DNA of 64,000 nt from the NCBI GenBank assembly GCA_965224245.1, contig OZ245046.1:5952001-6016000 (forward strand), written 5' to 3'. Source of the stretch: Candidatus Eiseniibacteriota bacterium. GTDB lineage: Bacteria > Eisenbacteria > RBG-16-71-46 > CAZAMP01. The notes below the pieces were generated by a model that was not told where the DNA came from, ran no database searches, and saw only the letters and a list, made by a program, of their open reading frames with translations. Both the position numbers and the translations under genes were made by a program. Positions 27,181 to 36,496 of this stretch are shown in pieces (the first letter of the stretch is position 1; every line of letters starts with the position of its first letter).

Positions 27181-27578
27181 TGTCGTCTCCGAGATACTGG
27201 CGCGAGGTGCCGCAGCGCTACCGGTACGAGGCGACCCGGTGCTCGGGCTGCGGCCGCGTGCACTTTCCGCCGCGGCCGGTGTGCCCCAAGTGCCGCTCCC
27301 GGGAGGCCACGCCGACGAGGCTGGCCGACGAGGGGCACGTGGTGTCGTACACGATGATCCACATCGCCCCCACGGGCTTCGAGGATCAGGCACCGTATCC
27401 GATGGCCGTCGTGGAGACCGACGACGGCGCGCGTCTCCTGGCCCAGATCGCCGACTGCGACGAGGAGAACCTGGAGACCGGGATGCGGGTTCGCATCGCG
27501 TTCCGGAAGATCCAGGAAGAGGGCAAGTCGGGAATCATCTGCTACGGGTACAAGTTCGTACCCGCCTCGACCACGTGA
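27180..27578 (+). CDS. DUF35 Zn-ribbon/OB-fold protein (thiolase-HMGCS scaffold)
   Basis: CSGC...FPPRPVCPKC rubredoxin-like ribbon, SYT.IH, PY..AVVE, GMRVRIAFRK, YGYKF; start overlaps the thiolase stop. Confidence 0.93.
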   Translation: MSSPRYWREVPQRYRYEATRCSGCGRVHFPPRPVCPKCRSREATPTRLADEGHVVSYTMIHIAPTGFEDQAPYPMAVVETDDGARLLAQIADCDEENLETGMRVRIAFRKIQEEGKSGIICYGYKFVPASTT

Positions 27579-27584
27579 TCGTAT

Positions 27585-27610
27585 GGGGCGGCTCGTCGTG
27601 GAGCCGCCCC
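27585..27610. terminator. GC-rich hairpin between convergent genes
   Basis: GGGGCGGCTC-gtcgtg-GAGCCGCCCC, perfect 10-bp stem; no U-tract. Confidence 0.55.
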
Positions 27611-27614
27611 GCTC

Positions 27615-29129
27615 TCACCGGAGGATCCGCACCGGTGCGGTCCACGTGACGTGCGACCCGGTCACCCGCACGTAGAACGTCCCCGGTGCGACCACTCGTC
27701 CGGACTCGTCCTCGGTATCCCAGCGAACGGTGGCCTCGCGACCGAGCGGCGGCACCGGTCCGAGGTCGCGCACACGGCGACCGGTCACGTCCAGCACCTC
27801 GACGCGGACGTCCGAGGAGCGATCCGGGAGTCGCAGCGTGATCGCCACCGAACGGCGCGCGGGGTTCGGCGTCACGCCGAGCGCCGGGGTGTCCGGCACC
27901 GTCGGAGGTGAGTCCGCCCCGATCGGGCTCCGGTACGTACCGTGCCGCGCCATGATGAACGGCCCCTCGGGTGTCGATTCGTCCCACAGGACGAGGATCC
28001 TCGCACGAGGCTCCGAGACGGGGTTCTCTCCGCCGACCGCCACGTGGCGGATGCCCGACGGCGTGAGCGTCATCACGTCACCGAACCCGAGGTCCCCGAT
28101 GCTGTGGGCGAACGTGTGGACGGGCTCCCCGCCGGGGGGAAGATCGGTCCAGGTGCCGAGCCAGTCCCATTCGAACGCCGGCCATCCCAGATCGACGAAG
28201 AAGCCGTCGAGATTGGGCGACACCGACGGCACGCCGTCCTCCGGAGACACCGGAACGGCGCCGCCGACGAGAAGCGTGCCGCTGTGGTTGCACTCCCAGA
28301 TCTCGGACACGCTCTCGGGGTCGGGCGGCGTGAACTCGAAGAGCGTCCGGAAGTGCGGATAGGCGAGGTCGGGGCAGCAGAAGTTGGCGTGCACCGATGG
28401 GCTCGTGCAGTTGCCGGAGAGATCGGTCAGCTGCTCGATCGAACCCCAACCGTCGTCCGGTGACAGCGTTCTCGCGAAGAGCTGCGTGAGCGGTCCGTCG
28501 AGATCCTCGTAGACGACCGTGAACCAGCCGAACGCGGGATAGTCGGTGACCGAGGGCACGTGCGCGGACCCCGGCGTGCCGGAGACGTCGAACACGTCGT
28601 CCCACGAGCCGTCGTCGTGGAGTCGGCCGCGTATCGACGAGCCGGACGCCGTCTCGTCCTCCCAGACCACGAGCGCGCGGCGCGCGCCGTCGTCGGTGCC
28701 CGCGACGACCGGACCCGAGGAGGGGTCGGGGCTGTCGCAGCTCACGCACTCGGGTGCCGACCAGCTCGTCCCATCGCCCTGGGCGACGAACACCTCCGTG
28801 GATGCGAACGCATCGGCTTCGTAGACGACGAAGAGATCGTCGTCGTGGTGGGCGAGGTGCGCGCTCCGGGCCCCGGAGAACTCCGCCACCCGGGACCATG
28901 CGCCGCCGGCTCGAACGCAGTGAACGACGGACGAGGGCTTCTGGTACACCACGTGCCAGTCACCCGCGAAGTAGACGATGGACGTACCCGCCGGTGTCGA
29001 GACCTCGAGCCCCTCGCGATCCACGACCTCCGGCGGGTCCCACTCGATCATGCCGGTGGCCAGTCCGGGGATGATCGACAGAAGGGCTGAGGGGACGAGT
29101 GCGGCGAGCCCGGCTCGTGTCTCGAGCAT
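27615..29129 (-). CDS. Secreted beta-propeller-like protein with a C-terminal FlgD-Ig/T9SS-like sorting domain
   Basis: Signal peptide; repeated 'VV[YW]E/D...W...VS...S..P' blades; C-terminus TPNP...VLDVTGRRVRDL...WDTEDESGRVVAPGTFYVRV; AGGAGG RBS. Confidence 0.78.
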   Translation of the reverse strand: MLETRAGLAALVPSALLSIIPGLATGMIEWDPPEVVDREGLEVSTPAGTSIVYFAGDWHVVYQKPSSVVHCVRAGGAWSRVAEFSGARSAHLAHHDDDLFVVYEADAFASTEVFVAQGDGTSWSAPECVSCDSPDPSSGPVVAGTDDGARRALVVWEDETASGSSIRGRLHDDGSWDDVFDVSGTPGSAHVPSVTDYPAFGWFTVVYEDLDGPLTQLFARTLSPDDGWGSIEQLTDLSGNCTSPSVHANFCCPDLAYPHFRTLFEFTPPDPESVSEIWECNHSGTLLVGGAVPVSPEDGVPSVSPNLDGFFVDLGWPAFEWDWLGTWTDLPPGGEPVHTFAHSIGDLGFGDVMTLTPSGIRHVAVGGENPVSEPRARILVLWDESTPEGPFIMARHGTYRSPIGADSPPTVPDTPALGVTPNPARRSVAITLRLPDRSSDVRVEVLDVTGRRVRDLGPVPPLGREATVRWDTEDESGRVVAPGTFYVRVTGSHVTWTAPVRILR

Positions 29130-29296
29130 GGGGACCTCCTGATGAATCGGCGACGACGGTCGGGAGGGCGGACCGGGTCAGGAGTCCAGGGCACACGGGA
29201 AGCATAGCGCATGAGGCGCGGACCGTGCGCATCTCGATCCGAGCAGCCCACGCTGACGCGGCTCAGCCGATTGCCGCGATCGAGGAGGCGGGGCCG

Positions 29297-30493
29297 TCAG
29301 GCGCCGCTGTGCGCGCCGACGACGCTCGCCACGTGGTCGTACAGGGCGTCGACGCGCCGCTTGTGCGCGTCGAACGTGTGGGTCGCCTCCACGAACGCCC
29401 GTCCGTTCCGGCCCAGGCGTGCCCTGAGCTCGGGGTCCTCGACCAGCCGCACGATGGCCGTGGCGAACCCCTCGGGCTCGGCCGGCGCCAGCATGGCCAC
29501 GTCTGACGTCAGGATCTGCGAGTGCGTGGGAAGGTCGGTCACCAGCACCGCCCGTCCGGAGTGGAGGTACGGGAACACCTTCATCGGCGTATTGATGCCC
29601 GTGATCCGGGGCGCGACCAGCACGTCGGCGTCGGCCAGATACGCCTCGAGCTGGTCGAACGGTCGGGGCCCGAGGAAGTGGGCGCGTCCGGCCAGTCCGA
29701 GCCCGTCGATCTTCGTTCGGTACGCGGTGACGTCGTCGGGATCGCCGCCGATCACGACCAGATCCACGGCCTCGGTCCGCGATGCGGCGATCGCGAAGGC
29801 CTCCACGAGAAGATCGACTCCCTGGTACGTCTCCAGGTTGCCCACATAGAGAAGGAGCCGTCGCCCGGCCGAGGCGGGAGAGACGTCGGCCAGCTCGGCG
29901 CGGAGGCGGCCGCTGGGTGGGGCCCCGGGCTCGTCGAGCTGCGAGATGTCGTGCAGCGTCACGACGTGCCGGCTGCCGCGCGCGCGGCACAGGTCGGCGA
30001 GCGCGTTGCAGACCGGTGCCGTGGCCACGGCGCTCCGGATCGCACGCGACTCGAGCGCGTCGAGCACCGGGGCGATCGGACGGAGCCACGGATACTTCTC
30101 GACCATCTGCTGCGCGATCGACGAATCGAGGTCGTACACGAACGGGACGCCGTGAAGCCGCTGGAAGATCATCGCCATGAAGACGGCTTCCTCGCCGGCG
30201 TGGACGACGTCGTAGCGGTGCTCGCGCACGAGCGTCCACGCGACGTGGAACATCGCGGCGTCGCAGGCCAGCTTCCTCAGGCTGAAGCCCGGCTTGACGC
30301 CCCGGGTCAGCGCGTTCGCCGCGGTGCGGAAGGTTCTGACGTTGGGATACTCGCGGTCCTCGCCTTCGCCGTAGACGACCAGGTCGATCGACACGCCGGG
30401 GCGCGTCGACAGCGCGCGCAGGAGAATGTCCACGTCGATCGGCGTGCCGCGGAGCTGGAAGAACGGGTGTGGGGCGAGAACGAGAATACGCAT
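29297..30493 (-). CDS. Glycosyltransferase family 4
   Basis: MRILVLAPHPFFQLRGTP, VVHAGEE, LLYVGNLETYQGVDLL, ADVLVAPR..G.NTPMK.F.YL.SG. Confidence 0.9.
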   Translation of the reverse strand: MRILVLAPHPFFQLRGTPIDVDILLRALSTRPGVSIDLVVYGEGEDREYPNVRTFRTAANALTRGVKPGFSLRKLACDAAMFHVAWTLVREHRYDVVHAGEEAVFMAMIFQRLHGVPFVYDLDSSIAQQMVEKYPWLRPIAPVLDALESRAIRSAVATAPVCNALADLCRARGSRHVVTLHDISQLDEPGAPPSGRLRAELADVSPASAGRRLLLYVGNLETYQGVDLLVEAFAIAASRTEAVDLVVIGGDPDDVTAYRTKIDGLGLAGRAHFLGPRPFDQLEAYLADADVLVAPRITGINTPMKVFPYLHSGRAVLVTDLPTHSQILTSDVAMLAPAEPEGFATAIVRLVEDPELRARLGRNGRAFVEATHTFDAHKRRVDALYDHVASVVGAHSGA

Positions 30494-30558
30494 CGGCGCT
30501 CTCTTCGCTTCTCGGGACGTGGACGACGGATCCGGCTCGCGCGCGACGTGGGCCAGGC

Positions 30559-31545
30559 TCACGCCAGGTACCCGTGCGCACGATACCAGTCGGCGGTGCG
30601 CTCGAGTCCCTCCTCGAGCCCGATGCGGGGGACGTAGCCCAGGTCCCGCCGCGCCTTGTCGATCCGGAACGCGCGAACCTGGCGGAACCAATCCACGCGC
30701 CGGGGAAAGATCGGCGGGTTGATGCCGAACGGCTTGCAGAGCTTCTCGCAGACGTGACCGGCCACGATCAGGGGACCGATCGGGAGCGTGGGGATGGACA
30801 CCTTCACACCGAGCGCGTCTCCGACCTTCGCCACCAGCGTCCGGATCGGCACGTACTCCGCGTCGGCGATGATGTACGCCTCGCCTGCGCCCTTGCCGGG
30901 CTCTGTGGCCAGCACGAACGCGTCGATCAGGTTGTCGATGTACACCGGGTGATAGAACGTCTCGCCGGACCCGAACATCAGAAAGCGCCCGCGCGCCGCG
31001 CGCCGGTAGATCATCACGAAGCGCTCCGGATCGCCGGGGCCGTAGATCGCCGTCGGGCGGATGATCGTGTACTCGAGGCCGCGATCCCGGTACTCGTGGA
31101 CGACCTCCTCGCCGAGGTACTTGGTCCTCTGGTAGTGATCCTCGGGCTCGATGGGCGACGTCTCGTCTCCGGGCGGATTCTCGATGTGCCCGTGGACGCC
31201 CTGCGTGCTGCAGTAGATCAGCTTGCGCGCGCCGGCGGCCAGGGCGGCCTCGACGACGATGCGGGTGCCGTTCACGTTCACGTCGTCGTACAGGGCATCG
31301 GGCGCTCCGGTCTCGCGAAACGCCGCGGCGACGTGCATGACGACCTCGGCGCCGGCCGAGCACCGGGCGACGGCCTCGGGATCGGTGACGCTGCCGAGGG
31401 TGATGTCCGCGCCCATCGCGGCCAGCTCGTCCTTCACGAGACCGGGTTGCTTGTCGAGGACGGTCACCTCGTGACCGTCCTCCAGAAGTCGACGGGTGAG
31501 GGCGGCGCCCGTGAAGCCCAGGCCGCCGGTCACGAATGCGCGCAC
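30559..31545 (-). CDS. NAD-dependent epimerase/dehydratase (extended SDR)
   Basis: VTGGLGFTG, HVAA, VNVNGT, CSTQGVHG, YQRTK (YxxxK), RPTAIYGPGD. Confidence 0.92.
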   Translation of the reverse strand: MRAFVTGGLGFTGAALTRRLLEDGHEVTVLDKQPGLVKDELAAMGADITLGSVTDPEAVARCSAGAEVVMHVAAAFRETGAPDALYDDVNVNGTRIVVEAALAAGARKLIYCSTQGVHGHIENPPGDETSPIEPEDHYQRTKYLGEEVVHEYRDRGLEYTIIRPTAIYGPGDPERFVMIYRRAARGRFLMFGSGETFYHPVYIDNLIDAFVLATEPGKGAGEAYIIADAEYVPIRTLVAKVGDALGVKVSIPTLPIGPLIVAGHVCEKLCKPFGINPPIFPRRVDWFRQVRAFRIDKARRDLGYVPRIGLEEGLERTADWYRAHGYLA

Positions 31546-31865
31546 GGGTGGTGTCACCTCGGGTTCGGGGATCGCCGCGCCGGCGATCCGGTAACCGGTT
31601 CTCGGTGAATGGACTTGGAGCGCCGAGGAGCCTACTGCCAACGCCGGTGGATGTCCATCGCGCGCAGACGCTCCCGAGTCTTCGTATCGGCCCCGGCCCG
31701 GGCTCGGGCCGCCCGTGCCTGCGGGCGCGGGCGCGGTGGTCGAGTTCATCCACCCGATGCACGGTGCGGCATCGTCCTCGCCGACGCCATCGCCGTGGCG
31801 CCAAAGGGGTTCGCCACTGCGACCGAAAGCAATACCATTGGCCAACCCTGGACTGGGAGTCGCTC

Positions 31866-33779
31866 GTGTGTGGCATCGCCGGTTTCACCGGACAGAGTGA
31901 GCACGTCGTCCGGAACATGATCGCCAGGCTCGAGCATCGGGGACCCGACGATGCCGGAGTCCACGTCGAGCCGGCGATCTCGCTCGGGCACCGCCGTCTC
32001 AGCATCATCGATCTGTCCGAGCGCGGGCACCAGCCGATGGCGAACGAGGACGGCACGGTCTGGATCGTCTTCAACGGAGAGATCTACAACGCCCCGGAGT
32101 TGCGCCCGCAGCTCGAAGCGAAGGGGCACGTGTTCGCCAGCCGGTGCGACACCGAGGTGATCATCCACGCCTACGAGGAGTACGGGCTCGACTGCGTGGA
32201 TCTTCTCCAGGGCATGTTCGCGTTCGCGATCTGGGACGCGAGCCGGGCGCGGCTCGTGCTGGCCCGCGATCGGATCGGCATCAAGCCGCTCTACTACCAC
32301 GTGCAAGACGGGCTGGTCGCGTTCGCGTCGGAGATCAAGGCGCTGCTCGAGCATCCCGAGGTTCCGCGCGCGCTCGACGAGCAGGCCCTGTTCGAGTACC
32401 TGGGATACGAGTTCGTGCCAGCCCCTCGAACGCTGTTCCGGGACATCCGGAAGCTCCAGCAGGGACACCTGCTGATCGTCGAGGGCGGCCAGGTTCGCGA
32501 GCAGCGCTACTGGAAGCTCGACTTCGACGTCCGGGAGCGGAGCCCCGAGGAGGAGTCGCGAGCGATCCTGGAGCTCCTGGACACCGCGGTGGATCGCCGT
32601 CTGCTGTCCGATGTGCCCGTCGGCGCGTTCCTGTCGGGCGGGGTCGATTCCAGCGCGCTGGTCGGGCTCATGCGACGTCACCGTGACGACGCGTTCGACA
32701 CGTACGCGATCGGCTACGAGGATCCGACGTTCTCGGAGCTGCCGTACGCCGCGGACGTCAGCCGCCTGTTCGGCACGACGCATCACGTGCTGATGATCGA
32801 TCCCTTGACCCCCGAGCGCATCCGGAAGGCCGTCTGGCACCTGGACGAGCCGATGACCGACCTCTCGTCGATCCCGTTGATGCTGATCTCCGAGCGCGCG
32901 CGGCGCGAGGTGACGGTCTGCCTCAGCGGAGAAGGGGGCGACGAGCTCTTCATGGGCTACGATCGCTTCCGGGCCAGCGCCTTCGACCGGAAGCTCGCGT
33001 TCGTGCCGGGACCGCTCCGGCGATTCGGATACCGGCTGGCCACGCTCCTGCCCGATCAAGCGCAGAAGAAGGGTGCGATCAACATCCTCAAGCGCGTCGC
33101 CGAGGGCGGGCTCCATCCGCGGGTGGGCGGACACATGCGCTGGCAGTACTTCCTGTCCACCGATCTGATCCAGGGCCTGTTCGCCTCCGACCTCCTGGAG
33201 CGGATCGACACCCGGATGTTCGCGCCGGTGGAGCGGCGTGCGCTCGAGTGCAGCTCCTCGGTCCGGGGTGATCGCGAGGTGTACGTCGACCTGACGCTGA
33301 CCATGGTCGACTCGATTCTGATGAAGGTCGACAAGATGTCGATGTCGACGAGTCTCGAGGTGCGGGTACCGTTCCTGGATCACGAGTTCGTCGAGCTGAC
33401 CGCGACCATCCCCGCGTCGCGCAAGCTGGACGGGTTCAGGACGAAGGCCGCTCTGCGTCGCGCGATCGCCGATCTGCTGCCGCCGCGGATCACCGAGCGC
33501 GGGAAGCAGGGCTACAGCATCCCCATCAAGAACTGGCTTCGCGAGGACATGCGCGAGTTCATGATCGACACGATCACGTCGTCGGCGCTGGTGCAGAAGC
33601 ACCTCGTCGCCGACACGCTGGACCGTCTGATTCGCGAGCACGTGTCACGCCGCCACAACCACAACCACGTGCTCTGGGCGCTCATCAATCTGGCCGTGTG
33701 GGAGGACACGTTCCTCCGCCCGCGGACGGCGGCGGGTGACGGCGCCGCCGTGAACGTCACTGCCTCGACGGGCGCCTGA
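31866..33779 (+). CDS. asnB: Asparagine synthase (glutamine-hydrolysing) / AsnB-family amidotransferase
   Basis: (M)CGIAG Ntn cysteine, HRGPD, HRRLSIID, FNGEIYN, RDRIGIKPLYY, LSGGVDSS, SGEGGDELF.GY, EVRVPFLD. Confidence 0.95.
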   Translation: MCGIAGFTGQSEHVVRNMIARLEHRGPDDAGVHVEPAISLGHRRLSIIDLSERGHQPMANEDGTVWIVFNGEIYNAPELRPQLEAKGHVFASRCDTEVIIHAYEEYGLDCVDLLQGMFAFAIWDASRARLVLARDRIGIKPLYYHVQDGLVAFASEIKALLEHPEVPRALDEQALFEYLGYEFVPAPRTLFRDIRKLQQGHLLIVEGGQVREQRYWKLDFDVRERSPEEESRAILELLDTAVDRRLLSDVPVGAFLSGGVDSSALVGLMRRHRDDAFDTYAIGYEDPTFSELPYAADVSRLFGTTHHVLMIDPLTPERIRKAVWHLDEPMTDLSSIPLMLISERARREVTVCLSGEGGDELFMGYDRFRASAFDRKLAFVPGPLRRFGYRLATLLPDQAQKKGAINILKRVAEGGLHPRVGGHMRWQYFLSTDLIQGLFASDLLERIDTRMFAPVERRALECSSSVRGDREVYVDLTLTMVDSILMKVDKMSMSTSLEVRVPFLDHEFVELTATIPASRKLDGFRTKAALRRAIADLLPPRITERGKQGYSIPIKNWLREDMREFMIDTITSSALVQKHLVADTLDRLIREHVSRRHNHNHVLWALINLAVWEDTFLRPRTAAGDGAAVNVTASTGA

Positions 33780-33906
33780 GCGCCGCTCGGATCCGCCGTC
33801 GGCTTCCCATCCGCTCCCGGCGTTGTTCGCGCCCGGCGCCGCCGCTACACTCGCGCGCGTCCTGCTCTTCTCCGACGAGACTCGAACCGGTGATCGCCGA
33901 GAGCCG

Positions 33907-36207
33907 ATGACACGTTCCCCAGACCACGAGCCCGCTCGCCCGGCGGCGGGACGGCGCGCCCTGTTTCGCGCCACGGCCCTCCTCCTGCCCCTCGCGCTCC
34001 TGATCGGGGTGGAGTGCGCCTTTCGCGTGGTGGGCGTCGGGCACGACCCGAGCTTCCTCGTGAACGGGCCGCGTCAAGGCACCGTGGTCACGAACGAGCG
34101 CTTCGGCTGGCGCTTCTTTCCGCCTGAGGTGGCCAGGACGCCGGCGCTCGTGGAGGTGACCCGCGACAAGCCGGCCGACGTGTACCGCGTGCTCGTGGTC
34201 GGGGGCTCCGCGGCGATGGGAACGCCCGACGCGATGTACGGCCTGGCGCGGCAGCTCGAGGCGATGTTCCCCGACGGGATCGGCGGTCGTCGCGTCGAGG
34301 TCATCAACGCGGCGATGACGGCGATCAACTCGCACGTCGTGCTCCCGATCGTGCGCGATTCGATGGTGCTCGATCCCGACCTGGTCGTGGTGTATCTCGG
34401 CAACAACGAGGTCGTCGGGCCCTACGGCGCGGGCACCGTATTCACCGGCTTCACGGGCAACCTGCGCGTCGTTCGCGCCGGCATCTGGTTCCGTGCGACC
34501 CGCGTCGGACAGCTCGTGGGCCGGTTGACGCGGGGCAAGGGTGCCGCCGGCGGGCGCTGGCGGGGCATGGCCGCGTTCGAGAACCGCCGGGTCGCCGCCG
34601 ACGATCCGCGGCTCGCGACGGTCTACTCGCACTTCGAGGCGAATCTCACCGACATCGTTCGCGCCGCCACGTCGGCGGGTGGGGACGTCATCCTGTCCAC
34701 GGTGATCACGAACCTCGCCGACTGTCCGCCGTTCGCATCGATCGATCCGCCGGCGCCGAGCCCGGCCTGGCGGTCGGCGTGGGCGGCCGCGCGCGACGCG
34801 TTCGAGCGGGACGACCTCGCCGGGGCGGGCGCGGCGGCGGAGCGCGCGCAGACGGAGTACGACGCCCACGCCGAGCTCGCGTACATCGACGGACGGGCAA
34901 AGCTCGACGCCGGCGTCCGGGGTGCCGCGGCCAGGCTCGCCCGAGCCCGCGACCTGGACGCGCTCCGCTTTCGCGCGGACTCGTCGATCAACGCGGTGAT
35001 CCGGCGTGTCGCGGAGAGGGCGGGCCGCGGCACGAGCGCGGGCGGCGGCCGGGTCGTGCTCGTCGACGCCCTCGCGCAGTTTCCGGAGGCGCCCGGATCG
35101 GAGGTGCTGTTCGAGCACGTGCACCTGACCTTCGAGGGCAACTTCCGTCTGGCGAGCCTCGTCGCCGATGCGATCCGATCTCGAAACGACCTGCCGCCGG
35201 CGGATGACGTGTCGCCGGCGGACGTCGCGGCTCGGATCGGTTTCACGTTTCGCGACGGGGCCGAGATGGTGTCCACGATCACGCGCACGATGAGCGGGCC
35301 GCCGTTCACCGGGCAGCTCGACCACGAGCGACGCGACGCCGTGCGGCGCCGCCGGGTCATCGCACTCCTGGACTCCGCGCGCACACCGGCGGCCTCGCGC
35401 CTGGCTCTGGCGGCGTACGCGCGAGCCCGATCGCTCCGGCCCGACGATCCGTACCTCGCCCACAAGGTCGCGAGCGTCCATCTGGACGAGGGCCGCGCCG
35501 CGGAGGCCGAGGCGATCTGGCGTCAGCTGGTCGATCGCTACCCCTGGAAGACCGACTGGCTCGAGCGGCTCGCGACGGCCGAGCTGGCGAACGACGAGCC
35601 CGACGCGGCCGTCCGGACGCTCCGGCGCCTGCTCGAGCTGAACCCGTACCTCGTCGACATCCACGCGCGAATCGGCGCGATCGAGCGGGATCGCGGGCGA
35701 CCCGACGAGGCGATCGCGTGGCTCGAGCGCGCGATCGCGCGCGTGCCCGACGACGGCGCCTGGCGGATGGAGCTCGGACGAGCGCAGCGAGAGGCCGGGC
35801 GGTTGGAGGCCGCCGACGCCACGTTCGCGTCGATCCCCCGCGAGGACGCGGCCTACCCCGACGCGGCGTTCGAGAGGGGCGCGATGGCGCTCGACGCGGG
35901 CGAGGTCGCGACCGCCGAGCGGCTGTTCCGGACGGCCCTGACGGCACGCCCGTCGTTCGGGCCGTGCCGGTCCCGCCTCGCCCTCCTGCTCCTCGGGGCG
36001 GGTCGCTTCGACGAGGCCCGGCACGAGCTCGAGACGCTCGTGGCCCAGGATCCCGACGACGTCCGCGCCCTCAACAACCTGGGGTCGCTCGCGTCGCGCC
36101 GCGGCGACGTGGCGGCCGCACGCGCCTACTTCGAGCGGGCGCTCGCGATCGACCCCGACTACGAGGAGGCGCGCCGCAACCTGGAGCGACTGTCCGCTCG
36201 ACGCTGA
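33907..36207 (+). CDS. Membrane-anchored SGNH-like + tetratricopeptide repeat protein
   Basis: N-terminal TM; GGSAAMG, INAAMTAINS, YLGNNE, FEHVHLTFEGN; C-terminal TPRs (e.g. ALNNLG...A...FERALAIDPDY). Confidence 0.85.
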   Translation: MTRSPDHEPARPAAGRRALFRATALLLPLALLIGVECAFRVVGVGHDPSFLVNGPRQGTVVTNERFGWRFFPPEVARTPALVEVTRDKPADVYRVLVVGGSAAMGTPDAMYGLARQLEAMFPDGIGGRRVEVINAAMTAINSHVVLPIVRDSMVLDPDLVVVYLGNNEVVGPYGAGTVFTGFTGNLRVVRAGIWFRATRVGQLVGRLTRGKGAAGGRWRGMAAFENRRVAADDPRLATVYSHFEANLTDIVRAATSAGGDVILSTVITNLADCPPFASIDPPAPSPAWRSAWAAARDAFERDDLAGAGAAAERAQTEYDAHAELAYIDGRAKLDAGVRGAAARLARARDLDALRFRADSSINAVIRRVAERAGRGTSAGGGRVVLVDALAQFPEAPGSEVLFEHVHLTFEGNFRLASLVADAIRSRNDLPPADDVSPADVAARIGFTFRDGAEMVSTITRTMSGPPFTGQLDHERRDAVRRRRVIALLDSARTPAASRLALAAYARARSLRPDDPYLAHKVASVHLDEGRAAEAEAIWRQLVDRYPWKTDWLERLATAELANDEPDAAVRTLRRLLELNPYLVDIHARIGAIERDRGRPDEAIAWLERAIARVPDDGAWRMELGRAQREAGRLEAADATFASIPREDAAYPDAAFERGAMALDAGEVATAERLFRTALTARPSFGPCRSRLALLLLGAGRFDEARHELETLVAQDPDDVRALNNLGSLASRRGDVAAARAYFERALAIDPDYEEARRNLERLSARR

Positions 36208-36219
36208 CGTTGCGAGACG

Positions 36220-36390
36220 TCAGAAAATCCGATACAGCTCGGGCGACAGCGCGCCGCCCCCCAGCGCAACCGCGAGCACGATCAGCACCGCGATCACGAC
36301 GAGGGGCGCGAGCCACCAGCGTTTCTGATGGCGAAGGAAGGCGAGAAACTCGCCGAAGAGTCCTCGGGGAGGACGCGATGGGTCACTCAT
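36220..36390 (-). CDS. 56-aa DUF5989-like small membrane protein, absent from the ORF track
   Basis: GGAG then ATG 36390; MSDPSRPPRGLFGEFLAFLRHQKRWWLAPLVVIAVLIVLAVALGGGALSPELYRIF*, matching the E..F...KxWWLxP...P..Y..F pattern. Confidence 0.82.
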   Translation of the reverse strand: MSDPSRPPRGLFGEFLAFLRHQKRWWLAPLVVIAVLIVLAVALGGGALSPELYRIF

Positions 36391-36496
36391 GGACGGCTCC
36401 GTGGAGTCGAACGGTCCCGACCGGTGCGGTCGCCGGCCGCGAGGGAGAACCTAGCGCGGCCCTCGAGGTCGCGTCCATCCGCATCGGGAGCGTCGC

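Noticed and set aside
24922-27578. PhlABC-type (DAPG) acetyltransferase
   Set aside because: The HMGCS catalytic Glu/Cys/His are intact and there is no type III PKS (phlD) nearby.
31826-31846. Sigma54-like TGGC...TTGC on the - strand (and a similar one near 3672)
   Set aside because: GG-to-GC spacing is 11 rather than 10 here, and the GG is missing at 3672.
29297-32074. ORF-track 925-aa protein (likewise 36328-39852 and 55795-59370 N-extensions)
   Set aside because: The upstream parts are out-of-frame overlaps with neighbouring genes; real starts are placed at 30493, 38101 and 56383.
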